A stretch of 64,000 nt of DNA. Source: an uncultured Alphaproteobacteria bacterium. GTDB lineage: Bacteria > Pseudomonadota > Alphaproteobacteria > Rhizobiales > Xanthobacteraceae. Made by a program: the position numbers and the translations under genes. Of this stretch, positions 32,532 to 42,237 are shown piece by piece (the first letter of the stretch is position 1; the number at the start of each line of letters is the position of its first letter). The DNA lies in assembly GCA_963840155.1 (NCBI GenBank), contig CAWIXP010000001.1, positions 977,804 through 1,041,803 of the forward strand, written 5' to 3'. The notes beneath the pieces are model-generated. The model worked only from the letters and a program-made list of their open reading frames with translations, was not told the origin of the DNA and did no database searches.

Positions 32532-32942
32532 TCAGCTTCCTGGAGTCCAGGACTGGTAGTCGCCGGTCGCCGGGGGGCGGCGACCGCTCGCCAGCGTCGA
32601 GCCCGACGGGCGGTAGGCCGCTGGCGTCCCCGTCAGATTGGGAACGTGCGGCTTCTCCCATTCGCGCGGCGTGTAGGCCTCTTCGGTGGGCGGGACATCG
32701 ACGGTGTGGTGCAACCAGCCATGCCACGACGGCGGCACCCGCGAGGCCTCGGCATAACCGTTGTAGATCACCCAGCGCCGCTCGAAGCCGAGCGTCGGGT
32801 CGATCTTGCCGCCTATGGTGCGGTAGTAGCGGTTGCCCTGCTCGTCCTGGCCGACCAGTTCGCCGAACCGCCATGTCCACAATTGCGTGCCGAAGGTCTG
32901 GCCATTCCACCACGTGAACAGCTTGAGCAGGAACGATTTCAT
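32532..32942 (-). CDS. NDUFA12-family NADH:ubiquinone oxidoreductase subunit
   Basis: GQDEQGNRYY, RRWVIY, VPPSWHGWLH and WEKPHVPNLTGT. Confidence 0.93.
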   Translation of the reverse strand: MKSFLLKLFTWWNGQTFGTQLWTWRFGELVGQDEQGNRYYRTIGGKIDPTLGFERRWVIYNGYAEASRVPPSWHGWLHHTVDVPPTEEAYTPREWEKPHVPNLTGTPAAYRPSGSTLASGRRPPATGDYQSWTPGS

Positions 32943-33148
32943 CTGACATGGCCGGTTCGAGAAGCGCGCCGTCGCGGCTCTGATGCCATCGGCAGGGCGA
33001 ATTGTCCAGCAAAGTCGGGCAAAAGACTCGCGAAGCCTGCTTCTGACCGGCAGCGGCAGGATGTCGCGGAATCGGCGCCATGCGTTCATTCCCGGTACAG
33101 TTCCAATCTGACAGCCTGCAATTCGTGCACAATCAAGTGCGCGGCTCG

Positions 33149-33173
33149 GGAACGTCCGCCCTGCCCAAGGGTT
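33149..33173 (+). promoter_or_regulatory. Possible sigma-EcfG-type promoter
   Basis: GGAAC-N17-GTT, 30 bp before the BA14K-like gene. Confidence 0.45.
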
Positions 33174-33202
33174 GGGTCCTATCCCCTGACATGGAGCCGA
33201 CG

Positions 33203-33763
33203 ATGATCAGTTCAAAAGTTTTGGGTACCGCCGCTGCAATAGCGCTGGCGTTGCCGATGGCGGTGCCGAGCGCAAGCTTTGCGCAAAATCCCAACAGCGG
33301 CAGGTACAATGCGCCGCCGCGAGCCGGTACGGCACCCGCCGCACCGCGGATGGGCGGCGCGCCGAGCGCGCAATTCCGCGCCAGTGGCGGCGCACCGAGC
33401 GTGCAATCCGGCAGGCCGAACGTACAATCTCGCGTCGGCGCGGGTTATGGCGGCGGCTACGCCGGTGACGGCTATGCCCGCGGCTATCGCCATCGTGACG
33501 GCGACGGCCGCTTCATCCCCGGCGCGGTCGCCGGTGCGGTGGTCGGCGGCGCGCTCGCCTCGCAGAGCTACGGCTATTATGCCGGCCCGGGCTACTATGG
33601 CCCTGACTATGACGACCAGTATTATGACGATAGCGCGGTGGCGGTGGGACCGGCTCCGGGCGGCGGCGACGATGTAGGCTATTGCATGCAGACCTATCGC
33701 TCCTACGATCCGGCATCGGGCACCTATCTCGGCTACGACGGATTGCGGCATCCCTGCCCGTAA
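33203..33763 (+). CDS. BA14K-family protein
   Basis: Signal peptide, Gly/Tyr-rich middle, C-terminal YCMQTYRSYDPASGTYLGYDGLRHPCP. Confidence 0.92.
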   Translation: MISSKVLGTAAAIALALPMAVPSASFAQNPNSGRYNAPPRAGTAPAAPRMGGAPSAQFRASGGAPSVQSGRPNVQSRVGAGYGGGYAGDGYARGYRHRDGDGRFIPGAVAGAVVGGALASQSYGYYAGPGYYGPDYDDQYYDDSAVAVGPAPGGGDDVGYCMQTYRSYDPASGTYLGYDGLRHPCP

Positions 33764-33839
33764 TCCGCCGGCGTGATCTTCATTCGGGACGGTGCGGCTT
33801 GGCCGCGCCGTCCCTTTTGATTTGCGCACACGGGCAAAC

Positions 33840-34733
33840 TCACGACCGCATCGCCAGCACGACGCCGGCGAGGGTAAAGAACAGCGCGGCGATCTGGCCT
33901 GGCCCGAGCGGCTCGTGCAGCGCCAGCGCCGAGGCGACCACGCCGATCACCGGTACCGCCATGGTGCCGATTGCCGCCACCGAAGCCGGCAGCCGGGCGA
34001 GCGCGGCAAACCAGCAGACATAGGCCACGCAGAACTGGATCACGGTGCAATAGAAGATCAGGATCCAGCCGAGGCTGGACAGCCGGCCGATATCGGCGTG
34101 CTCGAAGCCGAGGCCGGCGATCGCGACCGGAAGGCTGCCGAGCCCGATCTGCCAGGCCGCCGCCGGGAACGGCGGCAGATCGAGCGGATATTTCTTGGTC
34201 AGCACGGTGCCGATGGCAAAGCCGATGGAGCCGCCAAGCGCCAGCAGGATGCCCGGCAGCTTTTCCACGCTCGCGGCAAGTCCGTTGCCGCCCATGATGG
34301 CGGCGAGCCCCGCGAACGCCATGACAAGCGAAATCACCCGCAACAGGTTCGGCCGCTCGCCGAGCATCGGCCAGGCCAGCACCGCGGCCCAGATCGGCAG
34401 GGTATAGGCGATCAGCACGGCTTCGCTGGCCGGCAGCCACAGTAGCGCCAAGCCGATCAGCGCCATCCAGGCGGCAACATTGAAGAACGCCGCCACCAAC
34501 AGCCGTGGCCAGATCTTGCGCGGCACATGCAGGCTTTGCCGAAATGCCAGCGCCAACAGCGCCAGCAGCCCCGCGCCGATCACGCCCGGTACGCCGCGCA
34601 TCGTGAAAGGCGGCAACTGGCTCAGCAGATATTTGTTGATCGGCCAGTTGATGCCCCAGCCCACTGAGGTGATGGCGAGGAACGCCAGCCCCGCGGGGTT
34701 GATGGGCGCGCGCGGGCGTATCGGATCTGGCAT
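33840..34733 (-). CDS. DMT/EamA family transporter
   Basis: About 10 TMs, WGINWP, two EamA-like halves. Confidence 0.9.
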   Translation of the reverse strand: MPDPIRPRAPINPAGLAFLAITSVGWGINWPINKYLLSQLPPFTMRGVPGVIGAGLLALLALAFRQSLHVPRKIWPRLLVAAFFNVAAWMALIGLALLWLPASEAVLIAYTLPIWAAVLAWPMLGERPNLLRVISLVMAFAGLAAIMGGNGLAASVEKLPGILLALGGSIGFAIGTVLTKKYPLDLPPFPAAAWQIGLGSLPVAIAGLGFEHADIGRLSSLGWILIFYCTVIQFCVAYVCWFAALARLPASVAAIGTMAVPVIGVVASALALHEPLGPGQIAALFFTLAGVVLAMRS

Positions 34734-35012
34734 CGTTGCGGATCGCGGCCGGAGGGAATCAACCGCACTTAGCGGCTTATCGGGGCCCGCGGCTATCGCC
34801 CTTGGCGGCATGCCAGCCCGCCGTCTTCGCAAGCCGACCTGAGTCTTGCCGGGGCAACCCCTTCGGGCTCAATAAATAGTCGGCCTGTGAACAGCGGGCG
34901 AAGCCGGAATCGGTGGCCCGCGAAACATTTTTTTCGCTTGGGAATCCCTGAGGACTCACTGATACTTGGGCGCACGGGAGACATCGGGTCACCCCCTGTT
35001 TTCCCCGGCTTT

Positions 35013-35028
35013 CCACCATATTTAGTAT
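35013..35028. promoter_or_regulatory. NrdR-box-like site
   Basis: CCACCATATTTAGTAT resembles the acaCwAtATaTwGtgt consensus and lies upstream of nrdJ; I found no clear second box. Confidence 0.5.
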
Positions 35029-35053
35029 TTGATTCAGGAACTCGTACTAGTCC

Positions 35054-35082
35054 TTGACGGGCGTAACGGAGTTGTCCTAGCT
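35054..35082 (+). promoter_or_regulatory. Putative sigma70 promoter of nrdJ
   Basis: TTGACG-N17-CTAGCT. Confidence 0.45.
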
Positions 35083-35465
35083 TTCTTCCTGTTCGGCGCG
35101 AGTGTGTTTGGGTCCCGCCGGTCGCTCCCAGATGGGTTCCGAAACGACCACTCCGCCGGCCGGTTGAGGCAGCGGGTGCGGGATTGTCTGCGCCGAATTT
35201 GGGAGCCTTTCGGGGCGCTAAAAACGAGCCAAAATGGCTCAGGTTTACGAGTGGGGCGTTGGTAGCATGAGCTGAAAAAAGGGAACGGGGGCGTTCCCTT
35301 CAGGGCATGCGGCGGCAAATCCGGTGTTCGAAACCGGCTTTGCGGCCACGGGGTGAAAACAGGGCCGGGCCAACCGGTAGAGCTTCGCGGACCCAAAGTC
35401 CGCGCAAACGACAACACCCGGCGCGCCGCGGCGGCGGTCCGGTCAAAAACAACGGGGCAAGATCA

Positions 35466-38400
35466 ATGCGAATCGAACGACGCAACACCGCTCAGGGACA
35501 ATCACCCTACGCAGCAATTGATTTCAGATTGACGACATCGGAGATCCGCAACCCCGACGGCTCGGTGGTGTTTCGTCTCGAAAACGTCGAAGTGCCGGAA
35601 TTCTGGTCGCAGGTCGCCTCCGACGTGCTGGCCCAGAAGTATTTCCGCAAGGCCGGCGTTGCCGCCCGCCTGAAGAAGGTCGAGGAAGAGACCGTGCCGT
35701 CCTGGCTGTGGCGCTCGGTGCCCGACACCGAGGCGCTGGCCGCGCTGCCCGAGAACGAGCGCTATGTCAGCGAGCTCTCGGCCAAGCAGGTATTCGATCG
35801 CCTCGCCGGCTGCTGGACCTATTGGGGCTGGAAGGGCGGCTATTTCTCCTCGGAAGAGGACGCCCACGCCTTCAACGACGAGCTGCGCTACATGCTGGCC
35901 AAGCAGATGGTGGCGCCGAACTCGCCGCAATGGTTCAACACCGGGCTGCATTGGGCCTATGGCGTCGACGGTCCCGGCCAGGGCCATCATTACGTCGACT
36001 GGAAGACCGGCAAGCTGACCAAATCCAAATCGGCCTACGAACATCCGCAACCGCACGCCTGCTTCATCCAGGGCATCGCCGACGACCTCGTCAACGAGGG
36101 CGGCATCATGGACCTCTGGGTGCGCGAGGCCCGGCTGTTCAAATACGGCTCCGGCACCGGCTCCAATTTCTCGCGGCTGCGCGGCGAAGGCGAACGGCTG
36201 TCCGGCGGCGGACGCTCAAGCGGCCTGATGAGCTTCCTGAAGATCGGCGACCGCGCCGCCGGCGCCATCAAGTCCGGCGGCACCACCCGCCGCGCCGCCA
36301 AGATGGTGGTGGTCGACGCCGATCATCCCGACATCGAGACCTATATCGACTGGAAGGTCAAAGAAGAGCAGAAGGTCGCCGCACTCGTCACCGGCTCCAA
36401 GCTCAACCAGCGCCACCTCAAAGCCGTGCTGAAGGCCTGCGTCAACTGCGAAGGTTCGGGCGACGACTGCTTCGATCCCGAGAAGAATCCCGCGCTGCGC
36501 CGCGAGATCAAACTCGCCCGCCGCGCCATGGTCACCGACGCCATGATCAAGCGCGTCATCCAGTTCGCCCGGCAAGGCTACAAGGAGATCGATTTCCCGG
36601 TCTACGACACCGACTGGGATTCGGAAGCCTACCTCACGGTATCCGGCCAGAACTCCAACAATTCGGTGTCGCTGAAGGACGACTTCCTGCGCGCGGTGGA
36701 AACCGACGGCGACTGGAATCTGATCGGCCGCACCAACAAAAAGATCACCAAGACGCTGAAGGCCCGCGACCTCTGGGAGCGAATCGGCCACGCCGCCTGG
36801 GCCTCGGCCGATCCCGGCCTGCACTTCAACACCACCATGAACGACTGGCACACCTGCAAGGCCTCCGGCGAGATCCGCGCCTCCAATCCGTGCTCGGAAT
36901 ACATGTTCCTGGACGACACCGCCTGCAATCTGGCCTCCGCCAACCTGATCACGTTCTACGACACCGCGACCAAGAACTTCGACGTCGAGGCCTACGAGCA
37001 TCTGTGTCGCTTGTGGACCATCGTGCTCGAAATATCCGTGATGATGGCGCAATTCCCCTCCAGAGCGATCGCGGAATTGTCCTACGAATTCCGCACGCTC
37101 GGCCTCGGCTTTGCCAATATCGGCGGGCTGTTGATGACCATGGGCCTGTCCTATGACTCAAAGGAAGGCCGCGCGCTGTGCGGCGCGCTGTCGGCGATCA
37201 TGACCGGCACGGCGTACGCGACCTCGGGCGAGATGGCCCGCGAATTGGGCCCCTTCCCCGGCTACAAGAAGAACGCCGCGCACATGCTGCGGGTGATCCG
37301 CAACCATCGCCGCGCCGCCCATGGCGAAAGCCGCGGCTATGAGGGCCTCGCCGTCAATCCGGTGCCGCTCGATCTCGCCTCCTGCAAGCAAGCCGACATC
37401 GTCGAGCATGCCAAGGCGGCCTGGGACAAGGCGCTGGAAACCGGCGAAATCAACGGCTACCGCAACGCGCAGGTCACCGTGGTGGCGCCGACCGGCACCA
37501 TTGGCCTGGTGATGGATTGCGACACCACCGGCATCGAGCCGGATTTCGCGCTGGTGAAGTTCAAGAAGCTCGCCGGCGGCGGCTACTGGAAGATCATCAA
37601 CCGCGCCGTGCCCGAGGCGCTGCGCGCGCTCGGCTACCGCGAGAGCGAGATCGCCGAGATCGAGGCCTATGCGGTCGGCCACGGCTCGCTCAGTAACGCT
37701 CCGGCGATCAACATTTCCACCTTGAAGGCCAAGGGCTTCACCGAGGAAGCTCTGGCAAAGGTCGAAGCCGCATTGCCGACCGCCTTCGACATCAAGTTCG
37801 CCTTCAACAAATGGACCTTCGGCGAGGATTTCCTGCGCGACACCCTCAAGCTCGAGCCGGAAGCCATGGCGGCTGCGAATTTCGACCTGCTCGCCGCGAT
37901 CGGCTTCTCCAAGCGCGAGATCGAGGCCGCCAACGTCCACATCTGCGGCGCGATGACGGTGGAAGGCGCGCCGCATCTCAAGGCCGAGCACTACAGCGTG
38001 TTCGACTGCGCCAATCCCTGCGGCAAGATCGGCAAGCGCTATCTCAGCGTCGAGAGCCACATCCGCATGATGGCGGCCTCGCAGCCGTTCATCTCGGGCG
38101 CGATCTCGAAGACCATCAACATGCCGAACGACGCCACGGTGGAGGATTGCAAGCAGGCCTATTTGTTGTCCTGGAAGCTCGCGCTGAAAGCCAACGCGCT
38201 CTATCGCGACGGCTCGAAGCTGTCGCAGCCGCTGAACTCGCAGCTCATCAGCGAGGAGGACGAGGAGGACGACGCCATCGAGGCTTTCCTGGAGAAGCCG
38301 ATGGCCGCGCGCGCCGCGCAGCTTTCGGAACGGGTGACCGAGCGGCTGATCGAGCGCATCGTTGTCATGCGCGAGCGCGAGAAGATGCCGGACCGCCGCA

Positions 38401-39237
38401 AGGGCTATACCCAGAAGGCGGTGGTCGGCGGCCACAAGGTCTACTTGCGCACCGGCGAATATGACGACGGCCGGCTCGGCGAGATCTTCATCGACATGCA
38501 CAAGGAAGGCGCAGCACTGCGCTCGATCATCAACAATTTCGCCATCGCGATCTCGCTCGGCCTGCAATACGGCGTGCCGCTGGAGGAATATGTCGACGCC
38601 TTCACCTTCACCCGGTTCGAGCCGAACGGCCCGGTGCAGGGCAACAACTCGATCAAATACGCCACCTCGATCATCGACTATGTGTTCCGCGAGCTCGCGG
38701 TCAGCTACATGGGCCGCTTCGACCTCGCCCATGTCGATCCCAACGAGACCAACTTCGATGCGATGGGCCGCGGCGTCGAGGAAGGCAAGGTGCCGGACGC
38801 GCCGAGCAACAAGTACCTGTCGAAGGGCCTGACCCGCTCGCGCACCGACAATCTCGTGGTCATGCGCGGCTCTTCACCCTCCCCCCTTGGTGGGGAGGGT
38901 GGCGGACGCAGTACGCCGGGTGGGGGGTCGCAAAACGTCACCTCGATGGCGGGCCACGGCGCAGCCGCGCGCGCCGCCGACGCGGTGGAAGGCGCGGTCG
39001 CGCTGAAGCAGGAAGCCCAGCACGATCTGTCGCCGACCGAAAAGCTGGAAGCGCTGCAATGGAGCAAGGCCGGTGCTGCGGCCCAGGCCGCCCCATCCAA
39101 GGCCGAGCGCCGGGCGGAAGCGAAGGCCAAGGGCTATGAAGGCGAGATGTGCGGCGAGTGCGGAAACTTCACGCTGGTGCGCAACGGCACCTGCATGAAG
39201 TGCGATACGTGCGGGATCAACGACGGGGTGTTCGTGA
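35466..39237 (+). CDS. nrdJ: Vitamin B12-dependent (class II) ribonucleotide reductase
   Basis: [32 protein letters not shown] and C-terminal CGECG...CDTC; removing one G at 39213-39215 restores GSTTGCS-stop at 39237 (as read, the ORF ends at 39263). Confidence 0.96.
38875..38931. repeat. G/C-rich palindromic repeat in frame within nrdJ
   Basis: CCCTCCCCCC-TT-GGTGGGGAGGG-N18-GGGTGGGGGGTCGC shares three exact blocks with the intergenic copy at 41998-42045. Confidence 0.75.
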
Positions 39238-39262
39238 AAATAACGATCAACAGGAAATTCTG

Positions 39263-39469
39263 ATGGGCGACAAACGAATGTATATCGAAAGGCGTCCGCA
39301 GGGAGATTATGCCGTAAGGCGCCCGAATTCCGAGCGGGCCAGCGACGTTCTCCCGACGCAGGTGAAGGCTATCGAGCGAGCTCGTGAGCTAAGTCCTGGC
39401 GTTACGCCTCATGTCGAGCGCGTTCGTTTTACATCTGGTGGGTCACCAGATAAATGGCGGAAGCCGTAG
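39263..39469 (+). CDS. DUF2188-like small protein
   Basis: 68 aa: YIERRPQGDYAVRRPNSERAS...TQVKAIERAREL; AGGA before the ATG. Confidence 0.8.
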   Translation: MGDKRMYIERRPQGDYAVRRPNSERASDVLPTQVKAIERARELSPGVTPHVERVRFTSGGSPDKWRKP

Positions 39470-39537
39470 TTCTTATCGATTTCTATCACCACTAATCTCG
39501 TTTCCACCCACGCGTATTTGATTTTTGGAGCACATCC

Positions 39538-39903
39538 ATGCCCACCGTCCTCAGTCGATTTGGACAACGCTGCCGCGACTTGCGCTCGGCCAAGGATTTG
39601 ACGATGGGCGATCAGGCCAAGCACATGAAATGTTCTGTGCACGAGATATCTTCGATCGAATGCGGTCAGCACACGCCGTCCGATGAATATCTAAAGAATT
39701 TTCGTGAGTTGGTTGGGCTGGATGAAGACGAGTATCGAGACCTCAAGAAGAGAATTAGATCTAATGTCATCGAACTAAATCGAGTTAAGGCGCTCGGAAA
39801 CAACAGCCGCTCCATGAGACTATTTCGAAAGATAAGTCAGATGAACCCTGACGAAATTCGAGGTTTCAAGAAGGCGCCTGAAAACGAGGTTAGGAATGAT
39901 TGA
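39538..39903 (+). CDS. XRE-family helix-turn-helix regulator (CapH/DdrO-like)
   Basis: FGQRCRDLR...ISSIECGQHTPS HTH_3 pattern plus a helical C-terminal tail; GGAG RBS. Confidence 0.85.
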   Translation: MPTVLSRFGQRCRDLRSAKDLTMGDQAKHMKCSVHEISSIECGQHTPSDEYLKNFRELVGLDEDEYRDLKKRIRSNVIELNRVKALGNNSRSMRLFRKISQMNPDEIRGFKKAPENEVRND

Positions 39904-40517
39904 CGACTTCAAGGTAGCCGGACGGTCCGCGAAGCAGATCGAAGCCACCGCGCTGGCTTGGCGGGACTCCTTGGGGGTTGCCAATGACTGGTCACCCAAT
40001 ATGGTTCGCCTGCTTGAAACCAAAATTCCAAAATTAATCCCACAATTTGCCCTTGTTGTGCGGCCCGAATTCAGAAATGGGCGACGCGGAAGCGTACACG
40101 GAGTTCAATCCACCGCACATCGCCGTGCGTGGCACAATATATGCGCTGGCACAACGCGACGACGGTCGAAGCCGCATGACGTTCGCGCACGAGCTTGGAC
40201 ACCTTGTGATGCACCCAGGCGCAGCCAAGCTCCGCAGTGAGCATTCCATCGGAAGCGGGTCCACAATCAAAATCTTTGAAAGCGCGGAGTGGCAAGCAAG
40301 AAAGTTTGCTGCACTTTTCCTAGTCCCGGATCATGTGGCCATTTCATTCGACAGCGCAGAGCAACTGGCGGAGTGTTGCAAGGTCAGTCCTCAAGCGGCG
40401 AAGATCCGATTTAACGAGACGGCTTTATTGCGAAAACCGAAAATTCTGCCTGATTGTGTGAACGACGCCATCAAATCGATAGCTACTCCAATTCGCGGAT
40501 TGGAACCCAAGACGTAA
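39896..40517 (+). CDS. ImmA/IrrE-family metallopeptidase (apparent +1 frameshift near 40067)
   Basis: RMTFAHELGH (HExxH) and EWQARKFAA; two overlapping ORFs join as VVRPDSEMGDAEAY if one A is removed. Confidence 0.85.
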
Positions 40518-40567
40518 TCCGCCATCGCGACAGTTATAACGGCGGATCAATGATCCGCTTCCACGGG

Positions 40568-41158
40568 CTACCGAAATGGCTTTGTGGGGTCTCCACGCAT
40601 TAACCTGTCTTCCTTAGGAAATACTCGACAGTCGTTTGGCAGAAATTCTGGCGTCAAAGGTCGATTAGGCAATACATAAGTATGCCCCTGCGGGTTTCCT
40701 TCATCGCCAAGCCTCAGGCGGAACGCTTCAACTACGTGTGCCGTGTAATTGATTAGATCCTCGCACGCGAATATCTCTGTTTTTGAAACGTCTCTATTTT
40801 TTGAGCGAAGATGCCAAAACGGCTCTTCCTCTTCGAAAATATCTATAAAAACTCCATGCAGGATATTGGTTCGTAAGATTTGCTGGGATCGAATCAGAGG
40901 CTTCAGCTCCTCGAAAAGAGCGATGCCGTATTCGTCCAATGATATGAGTTTTAGTAGTTGACCGATTTTGGTCATCCTCTGATCCAAACTCAAAGGAAAG
41001 ACCATGATGGTCGCTTCCTTCGGGTCCAAATCGAGAATTCTGCGAAGGCAGTTACCAACGGTATGCTCAATGTGTGCCCAACAGCACGCAAACTCGCCGA
41101 TCTTTTGAAACTCTTGGTCAGAAAGATTGGCGCTAAAATTGTACGGAGTGCGGATCAT
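40568..41158 (-). CDS. Hypothetical protein with a HEPN-like RX4H motif
   Basis: ~196 aa, lower GC; IGEFACCWAHIE and RTNILHG; start uncertain (41158 or 41233). Confidence 0.65.
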   Translation of the reverse strand: MIRTPYNFSANLSDQEFQKIGEFACCWAHIEHTVGNCLRRILDLDPKEATIMVFPLSLDQRMTKIGQLLKLISLDEYGIALFEELKPLIRSQQILRTNILHGVFIDIFEEEEPFWHLRSKNRDVSKTEIFACEDLINYTAHVVEAFRLRLGDEGNPQGHTYVLPNRPLTPEFLPNDCRVFPKEDRLMRGDPTKPFR

Positions 41159-41292
41159 TGCCGCTCCAAAGGATGAGGTAAGAGCCGGGAGGGCCGAATA
41201 GCACAGCGTATACTGCCACGTCACGCATACCAATTCGGGTTAGCGGGTGGGCTGCCCTTTTAAGGCTCGCGCGGAAATGTTATGCTTCCAGT

Positions 41293-41493
41293 ATGACCAC
41301 TGCCGAAGACATCGAGAAGGCCGTTGAGCAGCTTGCCCCGCGCGAGCTGGCGCGGTTTCGCGCGTGGTTCGAGGCCTTCGATGCGCAGCAGTTCGATGCC
41401 GCGATCGAGCGCGACATCCGCGGCGGCAAGCTTGATGCGCATGCGGAAGAAGCCCTTGCCGCGCACCGCGCCGGGCACTCGCGCGAACTGTGA
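41293..41493 (+). CDS. Small protein resembling the antitoxin of a type II TA pair
   Basis: 66 aa MTTAEDIEKAVEQL...FRAWFEAFDAQQFDAAIERDIRGGKLD; GTGA overlap with an MKHFA... start. Confidence 0.7.
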   Translation: MTTAEDIEKAVEQLAPRELARFRAWFEAFDAQQFDAAIERDIRGGKLDAHAEEALAAHRAGHSREL

Positions 41494-41520
41494 AGCATTT
41501 CGCTTGCGACAATTCTGGCC
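41490..41520 (+). pseudogene. N-terminal remnant of a RelE/ParE-like toxin
   Basis: GTG AAG CAT TTC GCT; adding one base gives MKHFASRQFW, like the MKHFAS..FW toxin starts I recall; no resemblance beyond that. Confidence 0.45.
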
Positions 41521-41531
41521 TTCGGACGAAT

Positions 41532-41738
41532 TCAACTGCCTTGGTCGACCTGATCGAGCACCGCGCGAAGCTCGGCGACGACCTCGTCGTAATACTGGTT
41601 CAGCCGCTCGATTTTCTGCTGCTGCGCGCTGAACTCGTCATCGTGGGTCGCAGGCTCGGCCTGGAGCGGCGCTGGCTCGTCATGTGACAATTCGCCGGCA
41701 GGCACTAACGTACGCTTACGGGATTTCATGTTGCTCAC
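41532..41738 (-). CDS. Hypothetical small protein (coiled-coil C-terminus)
   Basis: 68-aa ORF ending QQQKIERLNQYYDEVVAELRAVLDQVD. Confidence 0.5.
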   Translation of the reverse strand: MSNMKSRKRTLVPAGELSHDEPAPLQAEPATHDDEFSAQQQKIERLNQYYDEVVAELRAVLDQVDQGS

Positions 41739-41896
41739 TCACATCTACAGGGGCCTGCGCTGGTCCCTGCATTGGCGGGAGCGTTTGCGCGCTTAGTTGG
41801 GCGCTTCCGCGCCGCTTCGATGGCTCAAACAAAGCGAAAACCGTTCCGGCGTGGCTGTTCGCGCCGCGAATGTCGCTCTTCAAGCGAGCTTGCCGA

Positions 41897-41957
41897 TAGG
41901 CCCCCCACCCCCGACCCCTCCCCGCCACGCGCTGACGCGCGCGGAGGGAGGGGAGCA
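41897..41957 (+). repeat. G/C-rich REP-like palindrome, copy 1
   Basis: GCCCCCCACCCCCGACCCCTCCCC-stem-GGAGGGAGGGG. Confidence 0.85.
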
Positions 41958-41997
41958 GCAAACGCCAGGCGGCTGTTTCCGTAACCGCCGATCTTTT

Positions 41998-42045
41998 CCC
42001 TCCCCCCGCGGAAGCGGTGGGGAGGGATCAAGGGTGGGGGGTCGC
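41998..42045 (-). repeat. G/C-rich REP-like palindrome, inverted variant
   Basis: Reverse complement GCGACCCCCCACCCTTGATCCCTCCCCACC...GGGGGGAGGG is similar to copy 1. Confidence 0.75.
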
Positions 42046-42237
42046 GCCCGCGAATATCGCTTCGCGTCACGACACATCTTTTTGTGATGAAGTTGTATTC
42101 ACGCAAATGTCAGGTCGTTGATCCCAATGCTTGTCCTGGCAAGCGACATCCGCGGGAATACATCAATCCTCATTCTGATCTCTTGATTGATACGGCCAGC
42201 GAATTCTCGCGCCGAAAATGGAAAATGGAGCATCACC

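Noticed and set aside
35089-35465. Cobalamin riboswitch upstream of nrdJ
   Set aside because: Core B12-box motifs not found
39214-39263. Novel NrdJ C-terminus [15 protein letters not shown]
   Set aside because: A one-base deletion restores the conserved GSTTGCS-stop, so it is treated as an indel
39238-41750. Prophage or integrative element
   Set aside because: No integrase, att-like direct repeats, tRNA target or phage genes seen
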